This document shows positions 40,201-55,200 of a stretch of DNA of 64,000 nucleotides, in pieces. Origin of the DNA: Botryllus schlosseri. Lineage: Eukaryota. Position numbers and translations under genes: made by a program. Where the stretch lies: NCBI GenBank assembly GCA_051294905.1, contig CM119380.1, positions 20,584,001 through 20,648,000 on the forward strand. The letters are read 5' to 3'. Every line of letters begins with the position of its first letter. Position 1 is the stretch's first letter. The notes beneath the pieces are model-generated. The model did no database searches, had not been told where the DNA came from, and was given only the letters and a program-made list of their open reading frames with translations.

Positions 40201-43200
40201 ATAAGAGATATATTGCGATTTTGCAAGTGGCCGCCTCTGATGAATTGCAAAAAGTATGCGTCTCCTGTACCGAATCTACTTCTTGAACTACTATGTCGGG
40301 CAATTGTGAAACCTTTCGCTTTTTACTTCCACTTGAAGTAGTTTTAACGTGATTTTGAAATATCTGCTGGTAGTAGGAATTGAAATTTGCGACAATGTCT
40401 CTACTTCTCTCTGATTAGCACACTGACTGCCTTGACAACCTCTGAGCATCGATTATACTTTGTAGAAAATCGGGAAAGATTTGGACGAAGACAAGCCAAA
40501 TATCGATAAGCTGGCCGCGATCGCGAAAGAATTCGACGAAACCGCGAAGCAGTACGACGACACTGCAGATAAGTTCGAACCGGGTGATGCCACTCTTGCG
40601 TCTAAGAAGAAGGGAGGAAAAACAACCATCACACGCATTATCACTGTTGAGGTGCGGGGATTGTTGGTGTTACCCCGTTTTTGTGGCGTTACTTGCCGTT
40701 TTGAGCACCTCCTAGTTTTGCCAATTAAGCTATTGAAGAGATTATAACTTTACACTGACATCACTTTCGCAAAATGTATTTTAAGGCGAAATTATTTACT
40801 TTCATACGTGTTGGATTTTGGAAAGTGTGAAGTTTTTTTTTTTTAAAGGCTTGCATCACGTTTGCCACTGAAATAATCATGACAACCGAATGAACTAGCC
40901 CCCGTGTCATTGGAACTGAATATTTACTCAGAAAGTGCACTAATTTGCAATGTCTGCTTTGTGTTGGCCGCAATGGTTCATTGTTCAATTCGAATGTAGT
41001 CACCTCCGATTAACTACTTTTAAAGCACTTACTTTAGTACCTTGAGACCATTCACTTTGTATTTCTACTTGTAATTAAGTAGAAATTTACAGTATTACTC
41101 CCACTTCTACCTACTTAGTATCAATGCTGAATACTTTGTTTACCTCTGTTAGTAGTGTGGGATGCCCATTGTTCGACAGTGTGCAGAACGCACCAGCGCT
41201 TTGTACTGGTATTAATCAATTGTGTTTTACATATTTTTTTAATTGTCACGGCAGGTGACGACCATCACGCGCAAGTACGATAAGTTGAAGAACTTAATTT
41301 CCGAGAGAGTGGACCAGTACACCATCGAGTACGACAAGGCCAAAGATAGAGAGGTGACGATTTCTCGCATATCTACATACGTAGACTTAGCTCAAAAACT
41401 GATCTGCTGTAGTTTAGGCCACAGGTGTATTATAGTACTTCATATTGGTTGACATCGTGTCGCCTGTTAGCATTATCATTCTAAAATTCTCGATAGTTAA
41501 TGAACGTATTACCGTGTTAATTTGACATCATTAAGCTCGGTATATATGCCTGCAACGTAGACACCATGGTAGGCGTAGAATATAGCTAAAATTTCTTTAT
41601 TATATGAGTGCCTTCACAGCCATTTTTGATGCATTGCCTTGTTTAACGCGCATGCGCGTCACGCGAAAAGGTTTAGATTGGACAGGGGCGCCGTGTTGGA
41701 TTATACAGAAGCCGTTGATCGTGCAGTTCAATCTAATCGCATGTCCGATGCACACGCGAATTCGCTGTGGCGTACGTTTATATGTTGCGTTACTGTGTAT
41801 GTATGTATGCCGACGGTCCCCGTGAATAGTAACCAGCTACTGCGTGTTACTTGTCACAATGCACTCCGGCGGAAGTGCAATCAGGGTCATCCCGGACTCG
41901 AGTCCAAGTCGCACTTATAGTATGCATGGCTTTGCGTTGCTGTTTTCCTGTCGAGCTGTGCGTTGCTGTGCGGAGAATCATGCTGGGAGACGGGTGACGC
42001 AATTGGAATGCTGCGCGTAATTCCGGTGTATCTTCAATTCTCTCTTATTTGCACCCTTTACTAATACTGCTCGTTTTTATATCGCGCGCATAGTACGTCT
42101 GATAATAATTCGACTGGTGTATTGACGGGATGAGTAAAACCGGAGTTGGACACCAAGGAATTTTTAAGCGTTTTCAAATTAGAATAGAATTAGAATTATA
42201 GTAACACATTTTTTTTTAATTTGATTTAAATTCGCATTAATGAATTCACAGAAACTTGGAGATTAAATCGGATATCGAATTAGGGAGAAATACAACAAAA
42301 ATGATATCAAGTCATGAGTCCATTCTTGTAAGCACGAGAATTCGCAAATGTGTGTACAACAAGCTTGCCTCGTTTGACACGACACAGATCTCCTATGGCA
42401 TTTTCGGTAAAATGATAAATGAGACTCGAATCAAAATTTGATCATAGAAACATATCAAAATTAAATTATTGAAGTCTTAAAATTCGGAAATTGAATTGAA
42501 GAAATACAGCAAAATCAAGCTCAGTGCATATATAGTCAGAGTTCATACTCATATCCGAATGGCAAATGTCTGTGCAACAAGCTTGGCACGTTTCGCACAG
42601 CACATTTATCCTGTGACATTTTCGCTATTACCCGAATTTAGAATCGAATTGAAATTAGAGCTTGGAAACATTTCACAAATTAGATTAGAATTAGATTACC
42701 CGCATTTCGAATCAATTAGTCTGATTCGGCAACTAGGATGATCTATTTGTTCAAGTCTGATTAAAACGACATGTTTTGAGGAGTATCAATTCCGTTGGTA
42801 AGAAGTGTGAAATGACCGGGACGAATTATTATCAGAACCTTTCCACCGCGGTATACCCGCCGGGCGTGATGCTGCTGCTCGCTTTAATTGCTTGCCTTTG
42901 TATATCCACCTGCACGTTTTGATATACCTTGAGCTATGTGTCGAGTCGTGGGACACGAGGAGTATATGCGTTAGGATTTTGCGCGCGTGCCGGCTGCAGA
43001 TAGGTACTACCGCGTCCGTGGCTCTTGCGGTGTTATGTTTGGTATGGCGAGACGGTTGGAATGCGGCGTTTTCGAGGACTTTGGTGAGATTCATGCTTAT
43101 TGGTGAGTAACCGTTAACAGTTTTGTGTTTTTATCTTGCGTCTTCTGCTGCTGCCTGATCTTTTTCTGTCCGAACTCTTGTCGCGTGTGTCCTTGGCGTG

Positions 43201-46200
43201 TGGCTTTTGCGCGATTGCTTTTGGGCCTGTGTTGGTTAGGTTGGATTTGATAGCCGCGCTGACATCATGAGCAGTCTGGTTTGAATCGTATAACATAGTT
43301 AAGCCGCTAATGTAAACCAACACGGAATTCACTAGTGCGCAGATTGGAAAGGTCAATCATAATGGGAGAACATAATTTGATTTGCATTCTATAGTTCAAT
43401 ATTCGAAATTTTTCGTTTGGCATCATATACGTGATCGCAAAATTCTGCGTGAAGCGTCCGATTTGCCTTTAATTTGACGTATTGTTAGGGCTATTTCACG
43501 ATGAATAATGAATATCAACGAACCAACAATTACGTGTCGAATCGCTAGGTCCTGGTCATCGAGTGTAATTTGACTATTCTTGAATCAGTATGATAGATGA
43601 CAACTTAGTAGGTGTACTGTGTGTAGGGTATCTAATCGCTAAATCTATTTTCCTGCAATGCTCCGAGCGCTGTAGATTGTTACCTACATTTCAGCTGCAC
43701 TCTTATCTGTTATCGTCTCTTAATTTTTCATGGTACCTCAATTTTTCATTGTCTCCACTTTATGACACTGCGTAATTTATCGCGGTTCAAGACCATCACA
43801 CTATTTCGCAATCACATTTTAATGACTTGGTGCTCATTTGTAGCATTTGCGACAAAATGCGATCGTAGCAGATTGCCTAACAATCATTCATGCATTACAA
43901 CTATTCTTTCTACTAATACCACTGAGCTATCTATATATCTACGTAGTTCAGTGACTAATACCGGTACTTTGCTGTAATTTGTGGCGTAGACACTGATTTC
44001 TTGTAGACGGGTGTCAACCACGAGATGAATTTGGTGATACCGCTTTTGTGTCCGAGACTGATTTGAAATCGTTCTCGTAACGTACTGGTGATCTTCTACT
44101 CCGATTCATGACTTCACTGTGTCAATGCGCCTCATCCAATACTGCCGAGGCGGCCCGTTTTCCGGCAGAAATGGAGATCGAGAAAAGCGAAATTTATTCT
44201 AGCTTCGTAGATTTGCATTGGTGTAGAACTAACGCACGCCACGGTGGCCGTGATTTCCCCTCTCCTGAATATGTGGTGGCTTATCCGAACCAAGTCAACC
44301 CTCGTACAGAATCTATAGTCGTTGCGTTGGTTTCTGTTACCTATCGCGGTTCAGCGACAAAATCTGCCCTCGGCATCGCCAAACGAAGGCACACATCTCG
44401 TGGTCGATGGCCCTCGATTGATAGTCGGGTTCAATGCATGGTGATTGAACTTTCGTAAACTTCACGTCAGTGGATGCGCGCTTTCATATTAGAGTGTTTT
44501 CGTGAATCATGCATGCGCACAATTGAAGACTTTAGACCGGGATTAAAACAGATGTCGCACTTCTTAAGTTTCGAACCGTGACACAGGCTGACCGCGCCTT
44601 TTGCTGTGTCACTTGTTGTATAATAAGTTGTAACCTATCAGCGTGTGGAACATAACTGGTTTGTGATGATTTTCACACTTCGCTACAAGTCTAAGCCGTT
44701 CGGTAATTGCTATTTCAATGCCGCGCATCGCGTCAATAGAAGCCTCGCTGCGATGTCCTTTCTTCTGGTTTTAACTGTGAAGTTGGCGTAGATATGCTTA
44801 CGCAGCCGAGAGAAGTGTCATTTTCTCTTTTGCTGTCTTGAATGGCGGGCGCCGTAATATCGTGCGTAACCGCGTAATTGTCCGTGTAAATAATGTCAGG
44901 GTTATGATACTGCCGGGTGTTTGATATGGACGATTCGGACGGAGACGGGTCGGTTTTTAGCGCGTCTAGTCTGTGCTGCTGCTGCTGCCTTACCACCGAT
45001 TTAGTAGCCGGGTGGAAGCGAAGAAAATTGAGGAACAGGCGACTGAAATTGGTAAATTAACAGGCTAATAACAGGCTTCAATCGTAACCTTGACCAGATT
45101 AATTCAAGTGAAGGCGTGGATGGATGAGGCGCTATTGACTTTTTTCTCGATTTCTCTCGTTTGCGTGCGCTCATTGTTATTATTACGTCACTCACTGTGA
45201 CGTCACAACGGTTCCACAGGAAGCGGCGAGGCGCGCGGAGGAAGAGAAGAACGCGAAAACCACGACTATCACGGAGATTACCACCACCACGACTACTGTT
45301 AAAAAGAAATCCAGGCGGGACATCTATTTCCTGACTTCCTTCAGGAAGGAAGCTAGTCTGCTCGACTTGCAAGATGCGGGAATTGTTACCGAGGAAACTG
45401 CCCAGCAATTGGAATGTGACGCCATTCCTAAGGACGAGGTAAACATCACCGTTTCCCGCTGAATTTTATTTAACCACACGATTTAAGTTCAATTACGTCC
45501 GATTACCTTTGTTCTACCACGTTAATGCTGGTATTACCAAGAAATAGACAATCGTCTTTTATTAATGTACATTGGATGCAGGTATAGGTAGTAGGTAATT
45601 AGGTATACTGAGCAAAATACCTTTACTATGTTCTGTGTGGTCGCTAGTTTCATACACAATCGCCCATGTTAAAGTACTGCCATAGTTAATCTACACATCG
45701 AGATATCCTTATAAATGTCTGTTTGAGGTGCTTTTTAACCCATACGATAGGTAGATATTCTAATAATCAATATACTGATGTAATCATAGTGAATTTTAGT
45801 GACATTGCTCATGATATTTAGGTTGAACAAAGCCTGAAACGATATTTGTCAGGGGACCAACCAATATCTGGTGTTATCATACAAAAGGCGGACAACAAGG
45901 TCATGTCTGTCAACGAAGCGATGATCCGTGGTATTATCATGGCAGGAACAGGGTAAGTCTCGTGTTACCCTATCATTATCCTATTCTTGGGGTGCCGAAA
46001 TGTTGATGCAGGTGTTTTTGAGTTGACTCGCTCTATTGACTTCTGAGCATATGTGTATGATATTTTAAGAGACTCAGGTTGTATGTGGTATTTATTTTGA
46101 ATTGCGTTTGGAGATCATATTCAAGTACTTTAAAAATCAATTTTTATTGTGTTTAGAAATACGTTTGTGTGTTCAGGCTTGGTTTGCTGGAAGCGCAAGC

Positions 46201-49200
46201 GGCCTGTGGCAGCATGATTGATCCTTTGACCGGAGAACTGATGAGTGTCAACGATGCCATAGAGAAAGGACTGGTTGAAGAGAAATACGAGGACGGTTTG
46301 AGGCGTGCAGGAGCAGCCGTTTTCGGCTTTGAAGATCCTGTCACTCACAAAACGCTCTCCTTGTATGAGGCTATGAAAAAGAGTTACGTCGTCGAATCGC
46401 ATGGCATAAGGTAATTGTTGCGAATAATTTTCAGTTTTGAGTGTTTTCCTGTTACATGGGGTGTCATTAAGCTAAATGGGTATATGAACCAGGGTTGGAA
46501 TTTGGCCATATTTTCCTACGGTTAGTCGTGAAAAACGTATATTACGGTTTCACTGAAACTGAATTACCCATTACGTCCATATTGTTTGGCAAAAATGCAC
46601 AGATTATACACCGAAGACTCCAAACAACTTTGTTACTGTCAATTCACACACAGTTGTGACTTATTATTGTAATATATAACGTGTAAATGTACCAATATGC
46701 TCATTTTGTTTTTAATTATATACTATGGGTATATACTACCTTTGTTGTGGAAATACCCATGGTTAATGAAACATTACATTTATAGAATTACAGTTCCGTT
46801 TATGGTGACCCTGATATGGACTAAAATTACTGGAAATATTTGATTTAGAATTGATTACTGGTATCAATTATGCATTTTTCTGTAGTAACGTCCTTCGTTG
46901 CAATGTTGGTTATAAATCTCATGAACTAGTGGTTATCAACGATATTGATTAGAACCAGCACATTCACTGAACCAGTTAGGCTTTACTCGATAAAAAGGAA
47001 TATTGAAGATCAGGTTAGGCCCTATTGACCATTTAGCCTACTACTTTGGAAGTTACAGCAGTGAGATTGACCCTTTGATTTGTTATAAATACTGGTGTAG
47101 TATTTTCTACGTGTCCAAGTGTGAATCTAAATTGTTTCTATTATGAGTTTACAACTATTTTCCAGATTACTCGAAGCCCAGATTGCCACCGGAGGCCTGA
47201 TCGACCCGAGGGCTAACCACCGTGTACCAATTTCTGTCGCTTACCGTAGAGGCTTGTTCGACGAAAGGATGAACGAAATATTAGAAGACCCATCTGACGA
47301 CACTAAGGGGTTTTTCGATCCAGACACCAAGGTAATGGTTTTTTTGTTTTGTTATAGGTGTGGTTTGTGAAGGTATAAAATATCTTGATGCAGTTCGTAC
47401 CGCGTGTACACCCACTTGGTAAACAAAACACGGTATTGTGCGTTTTTTGAGTAAATTGTGAAAAAAAATTTGAACCTGTATTTGCTTTTATTATTTGTTT
47501 TTTTACCGCCACCCATGTGCGTTTGGCGTTCCAAGCATTCCAATGCTTGCACAGTAAATACTCTGAGGTCAGCAGTCTGTTGAATTATAGACTTCTAATT
47601 ACGTGACAGATGGTTGACCTATTTCGGAATTCATTTTTTACGATTTCTAGCCACATTGTTTCAATTGCACAATATTCAACTGAGACCATGGAATATTCTG
47701 ATTTCCTTATTTTCCGGAATTAGTCTATGGCCGGGTGGCTACCGCATTCCGCCATCACATGGCATAGCTCATTCATAATCCAGTCCTGCCTGATTGGTAG
47801 ATGTGGGCAATGACAGTTAGGAGCTGCATAAGCTTTTTTGGCTTGGATGATGTGCATTCCCATATGGTGCTATGATGGTATGTCATCAATGATTCCGATT
47901 TGGTTATCCTTGCCATAATGTAGTTGTTCGAATATTCGAGAGGCAAAGGGTATGCTGTAGTTTTGTTTGATGCCTCAACCTCGTAAACATTTCAGATAGA
48001 GTTTTTACGGTTATAAATGTTTAATCCCCTATTGAAGCTATGTGTACGGAATGACCATGAACGTTGACCAGTTATGTATCTGACCAATCCTATTTTTTCA
48101 GAAAAACAACACCTACCTCGAACTGATGTCGAAAAGTACAGTTGACCCTGCTACAGGCGTCAGGCTCTTGCCCTTCACAAGAGACGTGGACTTGGCAAGA
48201 GTGAATATGGATCTTGCTGAATTGATAGCCTCGAAACGTAGCCGGAAGAATATCAAGTTAGTAAACCTATCCCTGATGTAAAAACTCACTGTCGTTGCTG
48301 TATTCTGTGATGTATCCTGTATCAATTGGTTATCGATTACTCCAATTAACCTAACTCGCATAATGATGATAATGATTGTAGCAATCGCATAATGCTGTCT
48401 GTGCAATTCTGAAAGACATATGAATCTTTGCCTCACAAAGAGTGCACAAAAACTCATTTGTCACTGAACATTACTACAGTAAAACAAGAAGTACAGATTC
48501 AATCTCTGATAATAATTAATAATGCAGAACATTAATAAAATACAACCCTTGTAATAACAGAACGACGCATAGAAAAAATACTGTGGTAGCATTGAGCTAA
48601 AGATATCCCTAGAATTTACGTTGACTGTGGTTGAATTTGATCTGGGATTTTCTGAGTTCTATTGCACAGATCAGAAAGTAAATGTACATAATTTGTCACA
48701 AGCCTGCTTCCGAAATCCAACGGCGTCAATTGTTTGTTAGTTATTGGAATTAGGATGAATCCAGAAATTGAATCCCGAACAAAAAAATGGCCGAAGTCCA
48801 AGTCGCAAAACTGCTCCTCAACAAGCATTGCCTTTACAGATTCAAGACCGGATTCCGACGTGATGCTAGCTTGCTCGATATATTTGACGCTGGTCTGATC
48901 ACCGAGGAACAAGTGGTTGGTCTCGAGGAAGGCGCCATCCAGGAGGAAGACTTAGCGTCTCAACTGAGACAATATCTTTTCGGAGGCGAAGAGCCCATCG
49001 CCGGAGTCATCCTGCAAGCAACTGGTACCTTGATAGATGCCCTCTTTTGGATGATATTCAATTAATCTGAACCGAATCTCAGGTGAGAAGCTGTCCATCA
49101 ACGACGCTGTGCAGCGTGGCATTTTGAAACGGGGCACCGGAATTGAGCTTCTGGAAGCGCAGGCAGCCACGGGAAACGTGATCGACCCCAAGACGGCGTC

Positions 49201-52200
49201 GAAAATGTCCGTGGACGAAGCTGCCAAGATAGGTATGAGACACGGCTAGATCATGAAGTAATCTCTACACCTAATTCTACTGTTACAAAGTACTAAACTG
49301 GGTTTAAATATTTAAGTGGGTTTAGTTCAACCACTTACACACACACAAGTGATTACGTTTCTACGTTACTTCCATTTTACAACCACTGACTTTTTTAGCT
49401 TCAATTTTCGTCAAGTAGAAAGTAATAGGTTCACATATTCTATTCATTGCCATTAGTCATTGTGGGTTAGTCGCACAGATGCGTCTTTCTATTTCTGAAA
49501 CTGTCACCGGCGATTGACTGCTAAAGTCATGCAACGTGTCATCCTAATTTAGTCCTTGAGTACCTGTTGCTTTCTACGTCTATTTGAAGTAGTTTTATCA
49601 TGCCATGAAAGCCACTTCAATACTTGTAATCGAGTAGAAATTTATAGCATTGCCTCTACTGCTATTGAGTGCCAACAATGGCTACTTGCCCGATAGTTAG
49701 GAGTTTCAATCTTCAATTTTTCAAGATCCCGATTGAAATTAAACTGTGTAATTTCACTTTAGGTCTCATCGACCAGCTTCACGTCGACACACTACAACGT
49801 GCAGAACGAGCAGTGTACGGTTACAAATTGCCGGGCACCAATAAAGTCCTATCGTTGTTTGAAGCGATGAGCAAGGGACTGGTCGTGGAATCGCGGGGTA
49901 TTCGTCTGTTGGAATCACAAATTGCGACGGGCGGTCTCATCGATCCGAGAGCAGCGCATCGAGTATGTGGTTGCGCTTGAATTTCGAGTTTCCTATTCTG
50001 TATTTTTCCCTTTTTGACCGCGTGCAGGTGCCAATATCGGTTGCTTACAAGAGAGGTCTGTTTGACGAGAGAATGAATGAAATCTTGGAAGACCCGTCTG
50101 ACGACACAAAAGGATTTTTCGATCCCAACACGCAAGAGAATTTGAGCTATTTGGAGCTTATGGAACGGTATGATGCTTCTCATCACTAGTAATGCTGATA
50201 TGAGTCGATGTTATCTTGTACAGTAGGCTACATGCACAAAGACTGTTGTTATGTGTAATGGTGTCGGATTATATTTCTCTACCACAAATAGGCCACCGAT
50301 GGACTTTTTTTCCAAAACTTTTCCAAAACTACTTTCTACTTCACGTGATTGACAATGTGAAAGGTTATCTGTTGTGCCTACAGATTGTCGAGTAGAAGTA
50401 AAGGTGCAACTACTTGAGTAAGGACTACAAGTAGATAAAATCTACCCGAGTAATTTGCTACTGACCACCTTTTATTTTATGTGTGGTATATGTTGCAGTG
50501 AAAAGTAATGTGTAAATTTGTACAGGTTTTCATTATCTGGCGATTGATTGTTGAGTTTAAATTAAAATATGAGGAACCCCCGGCGTGTCACAGAGTGTGA
50601 AATTTCGTAATAATCATCACGAAAACCGGCTGGTCTTGTTTGTTCTGTGCTTTGCAAAGTGGTTTTTGTTGACTATGTTCGTTTTCATTTTCTGCCCAGC
50701 TGCTATTTCTCAAATTTCGCTCATTTCCTGAGTTAGATTGTGGGAGTCGGAGCGCCGGTCTTTCCCGCCAAATCTAATTGTTCGATAAAAATTTAATTAT
50801 AAATTATGTATGCGACCGCATCATTTTGCACCTCGAAATCTAATACACGTGACGTTTGAGAGCAATCTGTGAATCCCATTTCAGGTGCGTTACGGACGAG
50901 ACAACCAAACTGCGATTCCTCGTCCTGCAAGAAAAGAAGCCTAAGAAGCGTTCGTCAAAGTCAAAGGAACGCGAAAAGAGAAAAGAAACGCCTAAGAAGA
51001 CGTCGAAGGATGACACGGTGAGTTTATATGCTGGTGTTTCAAGAACACCATTCTCATCCTTTCTTGTTATCAAGACCGATTCGCCTTCGAGGACGAGCAA
51101 GAAGACAAAAACAATTGAGAAAATTACAGTCACTCACGAGACGGCTGTCAAAAGCAAGAATCCAGACGAGATATCGTAAGTGGGAATCAGCATAAAACAT
51201 CATCCAGATTCAAAGTTCTGATTTAAAAATGCCAGATTTTGATCGGCAGATCGCCTTTCTTGGCACATATATGTTGTATCGGTATCGATATCCAAATATC
51301 TGGGTTTTTCTCAATCTTAACACTATAAATTGCTGCCTAAAGAGTGCATGTGAACACTGAGCCACCAGGATTTCTTCTCTCATAATGCAAATCAACGTAC
51401 TAGATCGATTGATAGTAGGGAGTAGTCATTCTAACAGTCCCAAGTACTCTTTAACTGCTACCTTTTGTATTCAAATTAGATTTGGGTATCATCTTTCTCT
51501 TGGTAAGACCTTGGCAGCTTTCACACCTTATTTAACGTCCACTTGCAAATGATTAAAACTTTATTTGTTACAACCTTATACTGGTATCTTTTGTACGGCT
51601 GTGCTGCTGATCAATTTTAGTACACTAACCGAAGATTTGGAATGACGTACGCTTGTAATACAGAGAAGAACAAACCTATTCCTAGTTTCTGTGAAAGAAT
51701 AGAAAACTTGCGTTTGGCCAGTTTGTTCACTTATTTTGGTATGTATCTTATAATTTAATCTCTTTGCTAGCTGTGTGATAAGAAAATGTTATCTGTATCT
51801 TTTTCTTTGATTAAATATCGATCTGATTTCAAGTACAAAGTTTCATCTTTCGCGTAGATTCAAGACCGGATACAGACGATGGGCCAAGCTCAAGGACTTG
51901 GTGAAAACGGGTGTCGTGAGCGAAGAGACGGCCGCCCAACTGAAGAGCGGAGCCATTCTGGAGTCAGAAGTACGCAAGCAAATTCGCAGGAATCTGGAGG
52001 GTGACGAGCCCATTGGAGGCGTGTTGGTCGCCAACACGGGCGAAAAACTGAGCATCAACGAAGCCACCAAGCGCGAGCTGCTCATGAGAGGCACGGCTCT
52101 TCAGTTCCTGGAAGCGCAGGTAACTTGGAATAGTTCACAGAATAGTTTTGAGATATGTTTGTAACACTTTTACGAGTGAATTAACCCTGTATCCATGTAA

Positions 52201-55200
52201 CTGAATGAATATATTGTCAAAAACTGTAGCTATTGGTAGTGCCGTTTATCATTTTGGTTATGTCACGAAGATGCACCTTGAAATCTGATAGTCCTCGCGT
52301 AAGAACATCGTCTAAAAGTAAAAAATAAAGTTTTTAATATGCAAGTGGATGTTAAATAAGGTATGGAATTTTCCTAGATAATAATTTTAGTTACAAATTT
52401 GTCCCCTCTTGACCAATCTACTTTTTTAAAGAATGTACTTGAACACTTTTTTAAACTTCATTTTCCACTTCCACAACTGAAGTTGTTTTGCTAATCGCTA
52501 CTTTTACTGTTAAGTAGAAATTTTAGGCATTGCTACTACTTATTAATTACCAACACTGGCTACTTCACCACCTCTAAACACTTGAGCTTGCGAAACTCGA
52601 GCATGTGGATTAAAGAGATGGTTAAGTTTAGGTTAGAGTTAGGTTTGGGATTAGGATGCTGTTAGGGGGATTAATACTTGGGTTATGATTAGGGGATGAT
52701 TTTAGGTTAAGTGTCAGGTTTGATTTTGTTGCCATCGTTAGCTTTGTGGTCGAAAGTCACCCGCTCAAGTGTTTCCTGCTCATCTGTTATTCTTCATTGT
52801 GTCGCATGCTCAAATGTTGGGCGATCGTTATAACGTTTCGTTTTTGCAGGCCGCAACCGGTAATATCATCGATCCCAAATCCGGAGAGAAGATGAGCGTC
52901 ATGGACGCCTATTCGTCTGGTTTGATCGAGAGAAGCCATATTGAGCCGCTGGAGCGCGCAGAGCGAGCTGTGCTTGGGTAAGGAAGCTTGGCTATCATTT
53001 CAAGCCTTATCTGAATCACCATCAGTTTATTAGTAATATTTCCTCATCGACTGCTTCCCGAAATTGTTGTAATGTGGTAACGCTCTAATCAATCCAATGG
53101 TTTTCAACCTTGTCATGTTCCTGGACCAATTCCTGTATTGCAAGTGTTCCATGGCCCATCTCTTGTTCCAGCTTGAATCATTGATGGAAGTTTACCTTTA
53201 ACATATAATAGTGAAGATCTAACATACTTCGTAGATTGCCAGGAAACTGGAATGAGGAACTGAAGGAATCTTTTCATATCGATACAATTAGTTCTTATTT
53301 TTGGTTCCCTCTGGTAGGGTAAATATAACAGTGATAGTGGAACGATTCTGGGAACTGTCTGTGCAATTGACTACATGCGAGTTTAAAGAGTACTGCAATA
53401 TGGTTTCCGCCCTCGTCATATTATATTGTGTCATAGCGACAGAATTCCGTCCATATTTCGAATTCACCTCATCGCATTCATTGAAGTTCACAACTAAAAT
53501 GCTGAAATCTGGAAGTATAACTGATTTAGCAATATGAATAGTTGCCTGAGGAAATTGTTAGACAAACAAAACTAAACTTTTCATAAAAAATTTCATCATT
53601 TTGCAAATAGCTCTGTGGCCACTGAAAACCACTGTTCTAATCAATGTATTGATGTTGCATTTACAAAACATTATTCTTGTTCTCCAGATATGAAGAAAAA
53701 ACAACGAAAAACATCCTGTCCTTGTTCGAGTGCATGCGCAAAGGTCTGGTCACTGAGACGCGCGGCGTCAGGCTTCTCGAAGCACAAATCGCAACCGGAG
53801 GTCTCATCGACCCCAGGGTCAACCACCGGGTGCCGATAGCAGCCGCGTACAAGCAAGGCATCTTCGACGAGAGAATGAACGAGATTTTGGAAGACCCCTC
53901 TGATGATACCAAAGGCTTTTTCGACCCTAACACGAAAAAGAACTGCTCCTACTTGGAGCTGGTTGGACAATGCATCACGGACCCAAATTCCGGAATTAAG
54001 CTGTTGAAGGTCACCAGTAAAGATGTAGGCGAGACAGTTTCGTCAGGGAGAAGACGCAGCCGATATGACATCCAGTTTGCCACCGGATTTCTAAAGTAAG
54101 TCGGTCTTGACGGGAGCCTATTCTGAAGCTGTGTCAGTGTACCAGCCAAGTGGGTCGTGTGTGCTTCCTTATATAACTCATGAAGTGTTCCCGGTGTCCA
54201 GCGTAAATCATTGCTCCCCATGAACACTTTGAAAATTTCTGGCGCTTCACATGATCGTCAATTGTGTGCTCTACAAATAACAGGGGAGATCAAAAGTGTA
54301 CTGTCTGGCCCTGGCATATATGGGGAGTATAAATTCCCCTACAATACCCCACCCAGCCCTCCTCCTACCCTAGTCCAGATATTGTTGAGTTGGTCTCCGG
54401 CTTGCAAATATCAATTTTTGTAGGGAACACAGTTGATGATAATGCAAAGCAGCAATGATTCTAACTGATCATGGAAAACACTTATTGTGATGGTTAGGGC
54501 GAAAAATTGGTAGGGCTTAGCCAAGGCACGGGAAGATACTAGCCTGGCAGGCGACTATACCTGATTTTGACATGTTTCAATGTGATTGGTGACGTCTGGG
54601 TTTGAAATTTCAACAGTCTTGCTCTTCCAAATTGTAAAATGCGCTAATTCTTTGCTGTTAGAAAGTCACTTGTGTTCCACTTGAGAGGGTCTCACGCACC
54701 ACAGTTTGAAACTCGCTAGCATCAACAGTAACTGTCTAATTTGCACATTGCTGCATAGCGAATGCGGGCTGTCATTCGATTTATGTGGGATTTTACTGGG
54801 ACTGTACCAAATAAACAATCTGACGATTTGTAATATTGCATCCCACTTTTACTCAGACGGGCGTCGCTCATGGACTTGCTCGAAGCCGGTATCCTTACCG
54901 AGGAGACCGTGAGGGCCCTCGAAAACGGAGTGCTTTCCGAAGACGAGGTGGCCAACTCTATACATCAGTATTTGCACGGCGAGCAGCCAATCGCCGGGCT
55001 TATTTTGGAAGCCACTGGCGAGAAAATCAGCATTCTGGAAGGAATACAAAAAGGAATCATCAAACGCGGAACTGGTAGGTCTTTAGGGTGATTATATTCT
55101 GCATTGGAAAAATTAGAAGTATTTACTTACTGACGGACCACCTTTAGTTTTCTCCGCACTACCGCAGCCTACTATTAAACATTTCCTATTGTTGAATCAG

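Noticed and set aside
44108-44458. 116-aa plus-strand ORF as a rod remnant
   Set aside because: No coiled-coil character and no compatible splice phases.
44733-44996. Minus-strand QQQQ ORF
   Set aside because: It is antisense of the (tgc)n in the better-supported plus-strand candidate exon.
45300-45340. Apparent frameshift in the first plakin-repeat exon
   Set aside because: Re-reading (AGG CGG GAC) shows a continuous frame.
52620-52712. Interstitial telomere
   Set aside because: Highly degenerate ttagg-like tract, more likely a repeat-element remnant.
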